From: Octopus sinensis
Lineage: Eukaryota
Direction: 5' to 3'
Assembly: GCF_006345805.1 (NCBI RefSeq)
Contig: NW_021837025.1
Coordinates: 308,946-372,945 of the forward strand
DNA length: 64,000 nt
The notes under the pieces were generated by a model, which was given only the letters and a program-made list of their open reading frames with translations, made no database searches and was not told the DNA's origin. Every line of letters begins with the position of its first letter. Within the stretch, counting starts at the first letter, position 1. Made by a program: the position numbers and the translations under genes. This document shows, one piece after another, positions 33,544 through 46,810 of the stretch.

Positions 33544-34458
33544 ATGTTTTGCCGCTATAAAAACAAACGACTGTTAGTTATATCTGTCTTCCTCATAATA
33601 CTATATTACCTTTCGTGGCCAAAAATGTCGAACAAAGTAATCAAAGAAGATTTTGTATTAGTTTCATGCTTCTACAATATTGGGAACTTTGAAAAGCCAG
33701 GTGGAGTCCGGAAGCCTTCCCAGTATTATGAGTGGATCAACAAATACGGGTTTGTCAAAAATCACATTGTGTTTTTCTCGGATAGCAAATCTATTCTCAT
33801 CCACCTGTTAAAGGTCCGAAAAGAAAAGCAAACCACCGCTGTTTATCTTTCTCGTTGGGAGTTGATTGGATTTAAAAATATTCGGAGAATACAGGAAATA
33901 TTCACTCTTCCGGGTTATAGAAAGTATCCACTCCAAACGGGGAATTTCCAGTATTCGGCAATCATGCATTCCAAACACGAACTGGTCGAAAGGGCCATTC
34001 GAATGTTTTCAAATACGTCCTCGTATTTTGCATGGGCAGATGTGGGGTTATTGCGTAATACCGACCCTCAAATGGACTATATTTTGACAACTTCCAAATA
34101 CATTGACAAAACCAGCATTTTCTGGTCCCAGGTAAAAGATTTTCATGAAAGATCTATTGAAATAATCACCAAAGACGCCCACGAGTGGGTTGGTGGTGCC
34201 ATGTTCGCTGGTCATGTCCAAGTCGTTCTTCAATTCTGCGAAGCGTACAAAAAATTATTTTATAAACTCCTGGACCTCAATTTAATCGCTACAGACGAAC
34301 AAGCTCTCTACATTCTCTTCACACGTCAAGGACGGGCTCTAACAGACAATAATGTCAGTATACACGTGTACAAATGTGGGTATTTTGGACTTTATACTCT
34401 CTTCTCAAATGTTAAAACTACTGACAAATGTGACTTGCATAGATTCTATTTTATATAA
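33544..34458 (+). CDS. HtrL/YibB (WlaTC)-family glycosyltransferase-like type II membrane protein, intronless
   Basis: 304 aa uninterrupted ORF with N-terminal TM anchor and motifs LVSCFYNIG, YSAIMHSK..LVERAI, YFAWADVG, VGGAMFAG and IATDEQ recalled for the HtrL_YibB family. Confidence 0.7.
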   Translation: MFCRYKNKRLLVISVFLIILYYLSWPKMSNKVIKEDFVLVSCFYNIGNFEKPGGVRKPSQYYEWINKYGFVKNHIVFFSDSKSILIHLLKVRKEKQTTAVYLSRWELIGFKNIRRIQEIFTLPGYRKYPLQTGNFQYSAIMHSKHELVERAIRMFSNTSSYFAWADVGLLRNTDPQMDYILTTSKYIDKTSIFWSQVKDFHERSIEIITKDAHEWVGGAMFAGHVQVVLQFCEAYKKLFYKLLDLNLIATDEQALYILFTRQGRALTDNNVSIHVYKCGYFGLYTLFSNVKTTDKCDLHRFYFI

Positions 34459-35279
34459 CAAATTAATTTTTATGTTCGATTGTCTGTTTTGTCAGAAATT
34501 AAATGGCGCTTCAAGTTCTATTGCCAATAAATTTAACGGATAATTCATACAAATGCGGTTTAGTTTTTAATATTTAAAAATTCTGAAATTCTGTGGTCAC
34601 AAAATACCACAAGGGGAACATAGTTTTGATAAATCTCTTAACGATAAGATTATTGGTTGCTCTGGCAATTTTATTGTTTGCTTCCATTGCAAGTTTTTAT
34701 TGTTTTAACAATTCCGGAAGAAATGAACGTTATATTAGTAAAAAATTGACCAAATAAACCATTGTAAGAATAATGTACTTTACAAAAGAAGATTTATTGT
34801 AACTAAGCAAAATATAAGTGCAATATATTTAAAATGTCAATGAAACAGTAATTCAAGTCATATTGTCACTGATAATTAAATATTTCAAGTCGAAAATCAT
34901 ATAAACGGGAATTAAAACTGTTAACTAAGTATGTTTAAAACTACTAATGATCAAAAGACGTTTCCATCAAAATGGAGATTTTTTGGAACAGCCATTGCTT
35001 CTCCCAGGCTCTCGGCGTCTTCAGAAGATCAGTTGCCCGATTATATTGTCACTAAAAGTTAAATATTTCAGGTCGAAAATTAAAAATGAAAACAACCATT
35101 TTTTTAGTTAATAATAGACTCTATATCAAATATGCGTTTACGGAAAGTAAAGTGGAAGGCAACGAATTGAAATAAAATTTTTATAAACTTTGGTAGTTTT
35201 CGCGAGGGAAATTATGAGTTTTATATAGACTTAATAATTAAAAAATATAAATTAAATAATAATTTAAATAAATTATTTA

Positions 35280-35746
35280 ATCTTATTTTGTTGTTTTTAT
35301 GGGTTTTTGCTGCAATTTAATCAATTAGACGATTTAATAACACGTTGTGGATTCTGTGGCATTATCTGGTTTCCACAATTTGTAAAAACAAAATTTTTAT
35401 CTGCCAAGCAATACAAAAAAATACCAAAATCTCAAAAAAGGTTAATTCTCAAGTCTGCCCAAGAAATATCTCCAAAAAACAAGTCCATTTTTGTATAAAT
35501 TTTATTTAAAATCAAAAGATGCGAGAATGTCTGAATTGTAAGCACATCACTTTGGATTTTATTTCAAAAAACAAAAAGGAAAAACTCCATGAAATAAGCG
35601 ACCAGAAAGTTATTTCTGCAAAAAATATTTTTCCTATGAAAACGGGGAATTCGGCCAAAAAACTGCATCAAAACCTCAAGAAAATATTTTCTTCCGATGC
35701 GATTTCAACTTCAAGAAATAATTTATTTAAATTTTTTAAATTTTAG
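35280..35746 (+). CDS. Small basic CxxC..CxxC protein, possibly Rpr2/Rpp21/C18orf21-like
   Basis: TRCGFCGIIWFP..FVKTK...SIFV|..ECLNCKH followed by a Lys-rich tail; start codon not resolved. Confidence 0.35.
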
Positions 35747-35885
35747 TTAATAAATTTTTTTAAAAACAATGTATTTCCAACCTAAAAATGAGTTTTAAAA
35801 TAATTTTGTATTTTTTTAATGGATAGTACGGAACGTATTATCAGATTTTGAAACAAAAAATAATAACGAGGCAATTTATATGTGA

Positions 35886-36260
35886 CTAGCTCGGCAGCTC
35901 GCTTCGCTCACCGCGACCTAGCTCCTGCGGAGGGCCTGTTTCATCAAACAACTATAAGTTTATGTAGATGTATAAAACTACCTGGTTTAATGTAACCCTA
36001 TTCTATCGCCTGTTGATAAACGATGTTTGTCGTCCGTCCTTCCTTGGCATATATGAATAAATTTTCTCTTCTGCCTACCCTCGAGCATCCCACATACAGC
36101 TGTCCATGTGAAAAGCACTCACTCTCTAAAAATAACCCAACTACCTTTAATGACTGTCCCTGGGCCTTGTTTATTGTCATTGCAAAACTCATCCTCAAAG
36201 GAAATTGCAGCCTTTTAAATCTAAATGGTAATTCATCATAAATTATCGGAATTCGTGGAA
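35886..36260 (-). mobile_element. Helitron 3' end with PIF1 helicase C-terminus
   Basis: FKRLQFPLRMSFAMTINKAQGQSL..FSHGQLYVGCSRV..TTNIVY*, followed by a GC-rich subterminal segment and terminal CTAG|T at 35886. Confidence 0.88.
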
Positions 36261-37879
36261 TATAAATGCGGCAGGCGAAGATGCGGCAGGCAGAGATGCG
36301 GCAGGCAAAAAAGCGACACACAAAAAGTTTTTCCTCCTTTGTTATCTATTAAAAAATTATTTTTGAATAATAAAAAATATTAGGAAAAAAAGGCATACAG
36401 AAAATAAATTCTATCTTACGAAAAACTTCTTTCTTAAGGTCGTCTTCCCTCCTTCGGTTATCTATTAAAAAATTATTTTTGAATAATAAAAAGTTTAGGA
36501 AAAGAGGCATACCGAAAATAAATTCTAGCTTTACGAAAACTTAACTAAATAGTTAATATTTTTACGCAAATTCTTCTGATTGCGCTGTCAATTGGTGGTA
36601 AATTGTGTTAATGATTGTGCTAATGTGGTTTCAACAACTATCAAAGTGTTTTTCAAAATCTGTTAATTGCACACTCTATTCAAGGTCGTGCAATCTGTAA
36701 TTGCACATTCTGTCAAAGTCAAATATGATAATAGCTTTAATTTTGATTCATGGTCGATAATGATATATGCATTTAATTTTAAAGAGAAAATAATAGGATA
36801 AAAAAAAACAATAACGAATTGTTGGGAAACAATTAATAACTATCGGCAACAGATTCCTAGTTCAAATTTTTTAGTTAACAGTGAGAAAGAAAATTTGGAC
36901 ACAATAATTGCAGACGTAATTGCTGAAAATGAAGAAGATATACTGTACCGAGTTTGTTCTTATGAAATGCATCTAGCTTCTTTAAATCGTTTTTGAGATT
37001 CCGCAAGTTCCAGAATTATAGAGCAATATTGGCTTCACAATAGTAGCACATAATCTAATGCAAATGTTAGGCGAAACATACTTTTTCTTATCCAGATGTT
37101 GTGCATTATTTAAAGAAGATGGTGGCAAGCATTTTCGGCATCCTTAAGTAGTAGGCCAAGTTTTTTATGTCTCCAGTCCTCGTCAGTTCTTGATTTTGTT
37201 TATTCGATTTGTGTACAGTCAGTCTTTAAAGAAGATTACGGAACAATTGGCCGTAAACTGGTGACAACCGACAATCTGGACGATGTTTAATGAGGGCCAG
37301 AAACAAGAAAGCGTGGGGGAAGATTAGGGAGGACGGCTCTAAGCATTGTTCAAGAAAAACCATTTTAGGGCGACGCGAAAGAGTTTTGACTAACTATAAA
37401 ATGATATCAAAGGACTGTTTCGATGGGATCTTCCCACTCCTTCACCAATTAGATGTCTGTTTAATCTGATATGTCTTTTTGATAGAGAGCAATATATTAC
37501 ACTGAGAAATAGCAATTTAATTCTCTTAGGAGTCTATTATATATTCTATTTTTTGTATTCTTATGTCTGTCTATAAATCTTTTGTTATGACCGGTATTTT
37601 CATGAAAGGAATTGAGACATAAGAAAAGTAGCTTTCATCAATTTTGTCACTATTGACAAAACCTGTACTTGGTATTGAAAATACTAAAATTGATTAAATC
37701 ACAGTAAAGAGCGACATAATTTGTCTAGACGGGAGAGGCACGACATGAACACAACTAAATGTCACAATTATACCATTTTGTGATTAAATTAATAATAAAC
37801 TATAAGTCATTAGTCAATTAACTTTAGCTTTTTAAGATTTAAAAATCAAAATATCCGATTTGTTTAAAAAATCAAGTTT

Positions 37880-38560
37880 TTGTTGTTTTTTGATGTATTT
37901 ATTAATACTCTTTTTTCATAAACTCTGGCCAGTGCCCTTCTTCGTGATAACCGTCGTATTTCGGTATGTAGCAATAAATTCTTATAACTTGGCTCATTTC
38001 ATCGCATAAATAATTAAAAATTCTAAAATTTTTAGATTGAATTTTTATATAATTGATCATTTTTATGAAATCATCCATAACTAAATTCAAAGCAAGCGGG
38101 ATAGTTTTTGAAACAAATACTTCACAATGTAAAAACAATGTGTAGAAAATATTTGATCATTATGTGCTTTTAGTTAAGAAACCTGAATTTACTTATATGA
38201 AAAACGATATACAGATCCAATAAGTCTTCTAGACATAGATGGTCCCCCATCTGTGCATACACCAAAACAATTTTTAAGGGAAATATTATGTTGATTAAAA
38301 TAATCAAATATCAACTTGTACATATCAATTGCAAAAGTAGTACTAACTAATTCCTTGCAAAAAAGAAAATGTTCAATATTAGTTTATGACTTTTTAGTAC
38401 GAATATAAGTAAGCAACTGTGAATTCCTGCAAATTAATTAGTCAATTAGGAATGAATATAAATTGTTTTTCATTATAGATACCACTTTTTCTTCAATATC
38501 AAATGACATTGTACTAATTATTCGACAAATATTATTGTAAGAAAAGGGAATTTTTAATAT
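37880..38560 (-). mobile_element. Degenerate hAT Buster/ZBED5-like transposase fragment
   Basis: NNICRII..MSFDIEE, FCKEL..CFGVCTDGG, FLHCEVFVSK..KMINYIK..RIFNYLCDEM; multiple frameshifts. Confidence 0.8.
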
Positions 38561-39938
38561 TTTTTCAAATTCCTCAACAAACATTTTTCGGACTATAATT
38601 GTTTTGTAATAAATAATTTTCAAGTTAAAAATTAAAAAAATGACGACGTCACTTTTCAAATCCGATGGGAGCTTCCAGTCCGGAAAACAAACCCGAAACT
38701 AAAAGAGTCAACAACAAATTCTCAAAAAACTAAAAAATACAAAAACTACATAATTTGGATAATTTGGCGATTTAAAAATAAATCTTGCTTTGAAATTTTT
38801 TATGGATTCTGTTATCCGCCATTTTCTGATAATCGTTACATTTTTAGGAATCACATTATTGACGAATATGGGAGACTTTACTGTATTCTTTTCAAGGTAA
38901 ATCAAGAACAATTAAATTTCTATCTATGAAATCAAATCTCAACTCAGCACATGTAAAATTGATCATACGAAAAAATACCTTCGTTATTAGTGTATTAATC
39001 GATGACTTTAAAACACATTTTAAAGAAACTTTATTGATTATGAAAATATTTTCGCCACTTATGGAAACAGATGCTCAACCGCTCCATATGTATATCATCC
39101 GAAAATACTTAAATACAGTCAGATGTACAACTAACTGCAGATAAAATACTAGATTGTTGGAATCAAATTCCACAATAGATAAATCTAAACTTGGTGTCTA
39201 ATGCTCAAGAAATGCATCAATTTTCGAATCAGCGTATGATATAAAACTCTTTTCAGCAAACTTACGCTAATAAAAAATCAACTATCAGCTTTATTCAACT
39301 TTTACGTACAGCGTTTAGTAAACGTTTCGACAAAATAATAGACCCCAAAAAGAATCAAGTCTTACATTGCTTTTTCTTTTCTTATTAATCGTATTACTTA
39401 TCTCTAATAACATGAAAATTTTGTGTGCAGTCTCAAAAGAAACTCTTAATTACTGAATTGGCCTTTGAGCCAAAAAATTGAGAATTCCTGGTATAAAGTA
39501 CAGGCTTTTTAAAAAGATTCAACAAAAAATCGTTATGAGCTCTCAGCAAATGATTTTACTCTCCAAATATTCATCAATAATAAACAGGTGAATTCGATTA
39601 TATTTATTTGAAATGGAAAAGAAATCATCAAAAAAAACTAGCTACTATGAACTGGCTCGCAGGATTGAAAGACAATTCCCGCGTAAAACAGCCAAATTAT
39701 TTTCATATTTAACTTAACTTTCTTTCCTAAAGGTTTTGAGGTTAATCAATTCCATAATTTTGCCTAAATGATTAAAAAGCTTATTTTGTAGTATAATTAG
39801 TCAGTTTAAAGCAGCAATAAATCTCAGGAACAAAAATTTCACTCCCAATAGGGACATGTTCGTCATCCAACAGTTTTACTTCTAGATTACCTACCAATAT
39901 CCAACAAATTTTGCTATCCAAGATTTATCTTTCAAATA

Positions 39939-41679
39939 CAGTCCGACGCCCAAAATGGGGCAGACCCCAGGGGTGGGGCACCCTCGGATTTTGGGGCACC
40001 CCCGCAATTTGGGGCACTTTATTCCAAAAGTACATTTTGGCAGAAAAAAAATAAAAATCGATAAAAAATTATGGAATTTTTGGGGCACCATAAAATCATT
40101 TATAAGGAATTAAAAATAAAATAAAATTATAATAAATTAATTATTTTTTGTTTTATTTTCAATTTATATTTTTATTGTTGTGGTTATGGATTACGAAACT
40201 AAATTGAAGATTGCTAAAGAAATTTTGAAGAAAAATTTATCTGAGAGGCAACTAATGAAAAAGTACAACACAAGTAAAGGAACAATATCAAGAATAAAAC
40301 GAACTATTGTACCTTTCTTGCAACACGGCAATACTATTTCTGAGGAATATGACACATTTAAAGCCGATAAAGATAAATTTGATGATCAAGTCTTTGAAAT
40401 ATTTCAAAGACTACGCGTAGATAAAATTCCGATTTCAGGCCCTATTTTGAAAAAAATTGCCTTAGTACAGCTTCAAAAATTGGATTTACTTCTTTTAAAG
40501 CTTCCAATGGGTGGCTTGATAGATTTAAATTGCGGCATGAACTTCAATTCAAGTCAATATGTGGTGAAAAAGCTTCATGTGATTTATCTTATGTGAAAAA
40601 TTATTTTGAAAAATATGACCAGAAGTATTAAAATATGGACCTGAGAATATATTTAATTGTGATGAAACTGCGCTTTTTATAAAAAGAACTCCTCAAAAAT
40701 CATTTGTTGAACAAGGCGAACCGTGTTTTGGTTATAAACAAGGGAAAGAAAGACTCACTGTTCTTCTATGCTGCAGTTTAATCGGGGAAAAACTTAATCC
40801 ATTGATTATTGGAAAATATAAAAAACCTCGGTGTCTAAAAAATTTTGATGTTCAAGATTTTGGGTTATTGTATTCATCTTCTCAAAATGCATGGATGACT
40901 GGAAAGACTTTTATGAGTTGGCTTACACTTATAAATGAATCGTTTTGCAAAAACAACAGAAAAATATTATTAATACTTGACAATGCGGGATGCCATAAAA
41001 CTGCCGAATGTTCGAACATCGAATTTTTATTTTTGCCGAAAAATACAACGCCCTATTTACAACCTTTGGATATGGGAATAATCAAGATTTTTAAAGATTA
41101 TTATTCCTCTTTCTTAATGGAATTTTTATGTTTTCAAGATTTCGAAAACGATTTTACACATTCTATTGGTAAATTAAATTTGCGTCAGGTTATGATGCTA
41201 ATTTCAAAAGGATGGGAGAAAATAGATGCTAAAAGTATTGTTAATTGTTGGAAGAAAATCGACAGGAACCGTGATTCTTATGCAACAAAAAAAACTGTCT
41301 AACAGATGAACATTTAGATCAAGTTGTTAACGAAACAATTGATGGAGAATGCGAAGACATGAACAATAATGTTTATGATACATATTCAGAACCGAAAATA
41401 GTGAAAATGTCGTAGCAAAAACAAAAGATCTGCTAACAATTTAGAAGAAAAAATTTCTAATGTTGCACCAAGTATCTCCGAGATTTTTTTGATTTTCGGC
41501 TGAAATTGACGAACAATATCAGACAAAACTCTACAAATAAAAAGAAAATAACTGAATATTTTAGTAAAATGTTTTTTGATGTTTATTAATGGTTTTAATT
41601 TTTAAAAAAATAACAAACCCCTGTTTTTGGGGCACCCCCGCATTTTGGGGCACTTGGTGCCCCATTTGGGGTCGGACTG
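39939..41679 (+). mobile_element. Full-length pogo/Tigger-like transposon (family A), frameshifted transposase
   Basis: TA|CAGTCCGACGCCCAAAATGGGGCA ... TGCCCCATTTGGGGTCGGACTG|TA; HTH-psq, CENP-B HTH (IPISGPILKK, FKASNGWLDRFK), NCDET, ILDNAGCH and LQPLDMG motifs. Confidence 0.93.
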
Positions 41680-41681
41680 TA

Positions 41682-43140
41682 GTAGCAGTACGATCTCATT
41701 CGCAAGTAGGTCGTATTGTGGAGTTTTTTCACTTCCACCTTTTGCAAGTTGTCTTGCGATGTAATTCCTACTTCAATGATTGTTATCATGTTTTCTTTTT
41801 TGTCATAGACAATTGTATCTTGTTTATTGAATTGTATCTTTAGTTCTGTTTTTATCGTAGTGTCCACTCTGATTTCTACACATCGTTTGATTGTGATAGA
41901 CTGGACAGAGTGTGATTTTTATCATTTTTGTTGATTTTAATCCAAAAAGGCGACATAAGTGGACATGCAAACATCTTACTACTTCATTGTGTCTCTTCGT
42001 GTACTCATAATTCAGCATTCTGTTGCTTCGTGTGGCGATTTCGGTCGACTAACTCTTAGCCAATTTGCAGTGGGGACAATTTACATCTCGTTCTGACCAG
42101 AACAGATTTCTATCTTGCAGTAAGCAATATAGACCCTCACTCCTTGGCTTATATTGCCTTTCTGCAACCACAAAGAAGATTCTTTAATATCGGAATGAAT
42201 GTTTTTGTTGCATTTGCAAAGTGATGAATGTAAACTTTTCGTTTCGATTATATCAAGAAGGTATTTGAGTTGAATTTTCTTTAAATTTTTTATGTTGATT
42301 TCATTGTTATATTTGGTGTATTTATGCTTTAAGTAGTCTGCGATGGTGACCAAATGGGTTTTCATTAAATTTTCAGTCCGCAGAATATCAGCCTTTTTCA
42401 GACAGCCTACCGACTTTCTTTTTATTTCAGTATAGAATTCAAGTAACATTCTTTCGCTCTTCATCGATATTGATTCCAATCTTCTTCTAAGGTATCACGA
42501 GGGAGATATAGCCTCTGACAATTTGGAGGTCTCAAATGTATGTGATATGAATTAAGTTGTAGACGAATTTCTCTGTCAATTACTTCAAACTCATCAGGTT
42601 CTATGTCTATCAATCCAATGTAATAATTGTAAAGAGTCTTTATTGACTTGGATGTTTGGGATTTTCTTTGCAGGCGGCCTTTTGGATAAAAAAACTCGTT
42701 TTCGCATTCTCTAAGGAAGGTTAAGGAATTACCATTATTTTCCGTAGTCTGCTTTTCAGTGTATGCTTTTGACAGACTGTTAGCAATAGATTTATTCTGC
42801 CCTAATTTAGCCGAAAATGCATCTCGTATAGCGTTCCATCCCCCTCTGGGCATACGGTTCATGCGCGTTTTTATTGACTGAACGACGGAGTACACCCACT
42901 CTCCACGATCTTCGCATGTTGTCCCGTCCATAATGGCACGGAGAACAGAGATTTTAGATGATTCAGAATGGAGACGATTTATCTGTGTGCTAAAATCCCC
43001 CAGGCAGACTGGCCTATCCCTCTTTCCGTATTTATAGTTGCTTCTCGTGGGCCCATAGGTAGATTCGACATATGTGTTAAATCTGACATTTGGCAATAGA
43101 AGATCAATTACTGCTGCTATGATAATATGCATTTAAAATT
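41682..43140 (-). mobile_element. Right-arm copy of the deleted R4/R2-type RLE element, 3'-truncated at the pogo TIR
   Basis: Mirror of about 13300-14722; ends at KYDLLANEIVLL immediately against the pogo end. Confidence 0.85.
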
Positions 43141-44985
43141 TTAAAATAATTTCAACAAACAGAATTTTTACAGAGAAAGAAATCGTAAAAAAATATGGAA
43201 ACTCGTATTTCGGGACAAAAATTTTCTATAACTACAGATTTCTGTTTTTTAATCCATATTGTTTTTAAATAAACTGATTAAGCCATTGAGTGATTAAAAA
43301 TCAAAGACTTTTAACTTCATTGTACTCATAAAACTTGCTACTTTTAAATAATCTAAAATTTAGGTTCTAAACAAAGCTTTACTTTCTATAATCTCTATTT
43401 ACCCGAAAAACAGTCTAACCGGGGGTGCCCTTCCAAACAGAGGTCTGGTTCAAACTATTGAATTATAGTTTATTTAATTCAAATTTTGGTTTGCTTTGCA
43501 AACAAAGAACTCTTTCACATCTTCCAAAATGTTTATATTGCGATAATACAATAAGTTGTGCTTTTAAAATCGCCTCAAAAAGTGAAGGTGCCCCAAGGCG
43601 GGGTTTTTGTTGACTATTATTAGAATGCTGCTGTAATGCCAGTCGAAAAAATTCTGCTTATTAAAAAACCTTGAGAATTTATTTTAATTTTTTTGTGAGA
43701 ACAGAAAAAGTAAATAACTCAAAAAATAGTCAAAAGCCTGAGGGTCAGCTCAACGACCCCGCATTAAATATTGAGTGGCAGTATCCTGCAAAGCACGGCG
43801 AACGAGATTCGCTGAAAAAGGCAGCTCGTCTCCTTCTCTTTTTTTGGAGAGATTCTCATACCAATAACAGTGAGGAGTTGAGTCGCAGCCTTGTCGACGA
43901 TTCCTGAGGATTTGAAGGCAAGGGGGGCAAATTCAAAAGATTCTTCAACATAGCACTTCCAGAATTGGATAATAGCCAAGCTGGCCTTGGAGAGCCCGAC
44001 GCAAAATAAGTGAAAATACAGATCGCAAGAAGAGTACAAGCGGCCCTTCTTGGGGAATTAAGTAATTTACTTAAATAAAATTCTGAAAATTGTTATTCGT
44101 TATCTGTTTTTTTATAAATTTTGTGTGAAAGACAAATATTAGCAAATTCATGTTTTAAAGAACATTATTTCCAAAAAATTATCTAAAAAATTCTTTTTAG
44201 GTGTCGTGCATCTTAGTAAAAATTTGCTCACTTTAGTGGACGATGTTACTCAGTCCACGTCCTAGCTGCCCGCAAGGCAAGTAAAATCTCTTGAATAGTC
44301 ATTAAATCCATTTGAATATATTTTCTCAGCAAACAATTAATCAAAGGAAATGCTGTTGTATCTAATAACCACAATATTGTCATTCATGTTAAGATAATAA
44401 TGGAAACCGAATAATCTATGCAAAAAGAAATTTTAGTATATTTAGTATAAAGTTTCACAAAACTGTTATCAAATTGGAATCCTCATTTACAAGGCCCTTC
44501 GACAATATTTACAAAGCAATCGAAGTGGCACCAAGTTGATTATATTTCTAAACAATCAGTTTTGTGAGTAGGTTCTTTATTAAAAATTATATCGTGAAGA
44601 TGGCTTAGTGCTCTTAAATAACTAAATAATGATTTTTTGATGTCTGAGTAAGATTATTAGAGATCTTTATATTGGATAAGTATAAATATTAGAAAATCAG
44701 TTATCTTGGAATGTTTGTTAGGATGTTTTAATTATCAATTTTTAAATTTTTATCGGATAAGAAATATTTCAAGATATAATGATTAAAAAAGTTTCTTATG
44801 CACCTAAAGTTAAAAACTAATAAAAAATTCATCATGCCAAAAATGGAATATTTTAACCACACATTTAAAAAATAATGGTCGAATAAGACAATTGTAAGCT
44901 ACAATTGTTCTTATCAAACACTTATCCCGCAATAATTAATTTTGGTATAAATTGGATAAAAAATAATTTCAATTGGATAGCTAAA

Positions 44986-45393
44986 ATGAAAATTGCATTT
45001 TGTATCTTTGGAATATTCAGTATTCTATCTAATATTATTTACCTAGTGATATTCTTATTCAATCAAGCAACTGCCGCTGGTATTCCAGAAACAGGGGCAG
45101 CTACAACAACGGCAACAGATGAAACAACAAGCACAGCAACAGAGGCAGCTACAACCACAGCAACAGAGGCAGCTACAACCACAGCAACAGAGGCACCTAC
45201 AACCACAACAACAGAGGCACCTACAACTACAGCAGCATCAGATACGACTGCTACACCTACAGCTACAACAGCAACGCCAGTAACAAATGCAACAACACCA
45301 AACGGAACCTTGCCAAGTTCGGAGACATCTAAAATTGTTGGGAAAATAAGCATTATTGCTGCAATTGCTCAGCTCATGTACGGGCTCAACTAA
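44986..45393 (+). CDS. Thr/Ala-rich mucin-like putative GPI-anchored protein, right-arm copy
   Basis: Mirror of 9732-10139 with a different repeat composition (2xEAA+2xEAP). Confidence 0.75.
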   Translation: MKIAFCIFGIFSILSNIIYLVIFLFNQATAAGIPETGAATTTATDETTSTATEAATTTATEAATTTATEAPTTTTTEAPTTTAASDTTATPTATTATPVTNATTPNGTLPSSETSKIVGKISIIAAIAQLMYGLN

Positions 45394-45827
45394 AAAAATA
45401 ATTTGCTAATATTTTTTCTTTTCCTCTACTAAATGATGATTTAATTTTAATGCTTTGAATTATCAGGAAATTTTTCGGTTTGACACTTCCGGTTAAGCTC
45501 AACCGCTTACCAAATTAATAACGTAAATAACCTCAAATTGTGATTTGAATAAAAAAATCATGAGTTATCTGGCATGTCTTCAAGACTAAAAACACATTAA
45601 AAACAAAAATATATCTAACATTTATCAAAACAGTGACATTTAGAACAAAGTATGGCGATTTTATGATTTATTAGTTCAAATTGTAAAATTAGATAAATTA
45701 AACAAGTTTTTCTCTTTCTGAGTGACAAGGCCGATTAGCGTTGATCAAATGAATCTCTCAATATATTTTTTTAATGAACTATAATACTTAAAAATAAAAG
45801 TAACGGGCGATAATTCATACACAATTT

Positions 45828-46810
45828 TCATGGACAAAAATGATATTGAACTGCCTGCGCATAAGATGGCCTGACAGTTTCCCCAAAAGATCCCCAACGA
45901 CACTCTTTGCAGAAAATAAAGAGTCTCGTTGGATTTTTATTTTTCTTACCGATCTTCGTTAGCCGACAAAGGAAAGAAAGCGATTCCGGACCGATGACCC
46001 AGAATGTCTCCACAGCTATTGATTTCTGGCCAGGGACGAGTATTTTGTTGACTTTCCATGATCCACGTGTCTTCCGCCAAGCCAGGCTCGGCAACTAACA
46101 AGATCAGATTGTTGGGAGAGAAATTGTTAGAGCATGTCGCGTCCAAGATGAGGCATTTCCCGTGGTCGAAGGGAAATGTTGTCATGCCATTTGGATGTTT
46201 TCCATCTCTGCAATCCAACCCGACTGGTTCCAACACATTAGAGAATCCCGCAGATGCCAGGGCGCGGCTCACCACATCATTAAGACCAAAGTGGCGAGAG
46301 AAAGATAGCGGATGTAGTCATAAGGTATCAATCGTCTGACGACAGCGGAATTAATGCTCACGGCAGATGTTCAATCCAAGGTGCAGAGAAACTGCGACAC
46401 GGAGACATTCGTTATCCAGTAATGTGTCATCTGACGCCATCGGGATAGCTGTCAGCAGGCTCCTGAATACTTTTGAGACTCTGCGAGCAAACAGACCAGG
46501 CGGTGTTGATCAAGTTTACACTTGAAGAGCAAAATGTTGTAGTCGGAAAAAAATTGTGTCCAATTTCCGCTGTTTGGTTAAATCATCAGGAACCTTGAGA
46601 CCATTAGCCACCAGCATTTAACAGCCGAAGAGAACTCATGGTTCAAAGGGAATTCAATAGTGGATTGGAGAATTTGGGGACAAAGATCACCAAGAAAAGT
46701 AAAAAATCTCTACGAGACTTGTCATCTTCTTCAAAGAGTCTCGTTGGCGATCGTCCGGGGAACTGCCCATATTATCTTATGCGCGGGCAGTTCAAATAAT
46801 TTTTGTCTTT
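45828..46810. mobile_element. CRE-like retrotransposon fragments, right-arm copy
   Basis: Mirror of 8335-9310; same translated motifs. Confidence 0.72.

Noticed and set aside
34595-34620. Short match (aaataccacaagggg) to the reverse complement of ~27910
   Set aside because: Similarity does not extend; compatible with chance.
36830-37480. Degenerate RT fragment
   Set aside because: Only faint resemblance with many stops; could not be supported.
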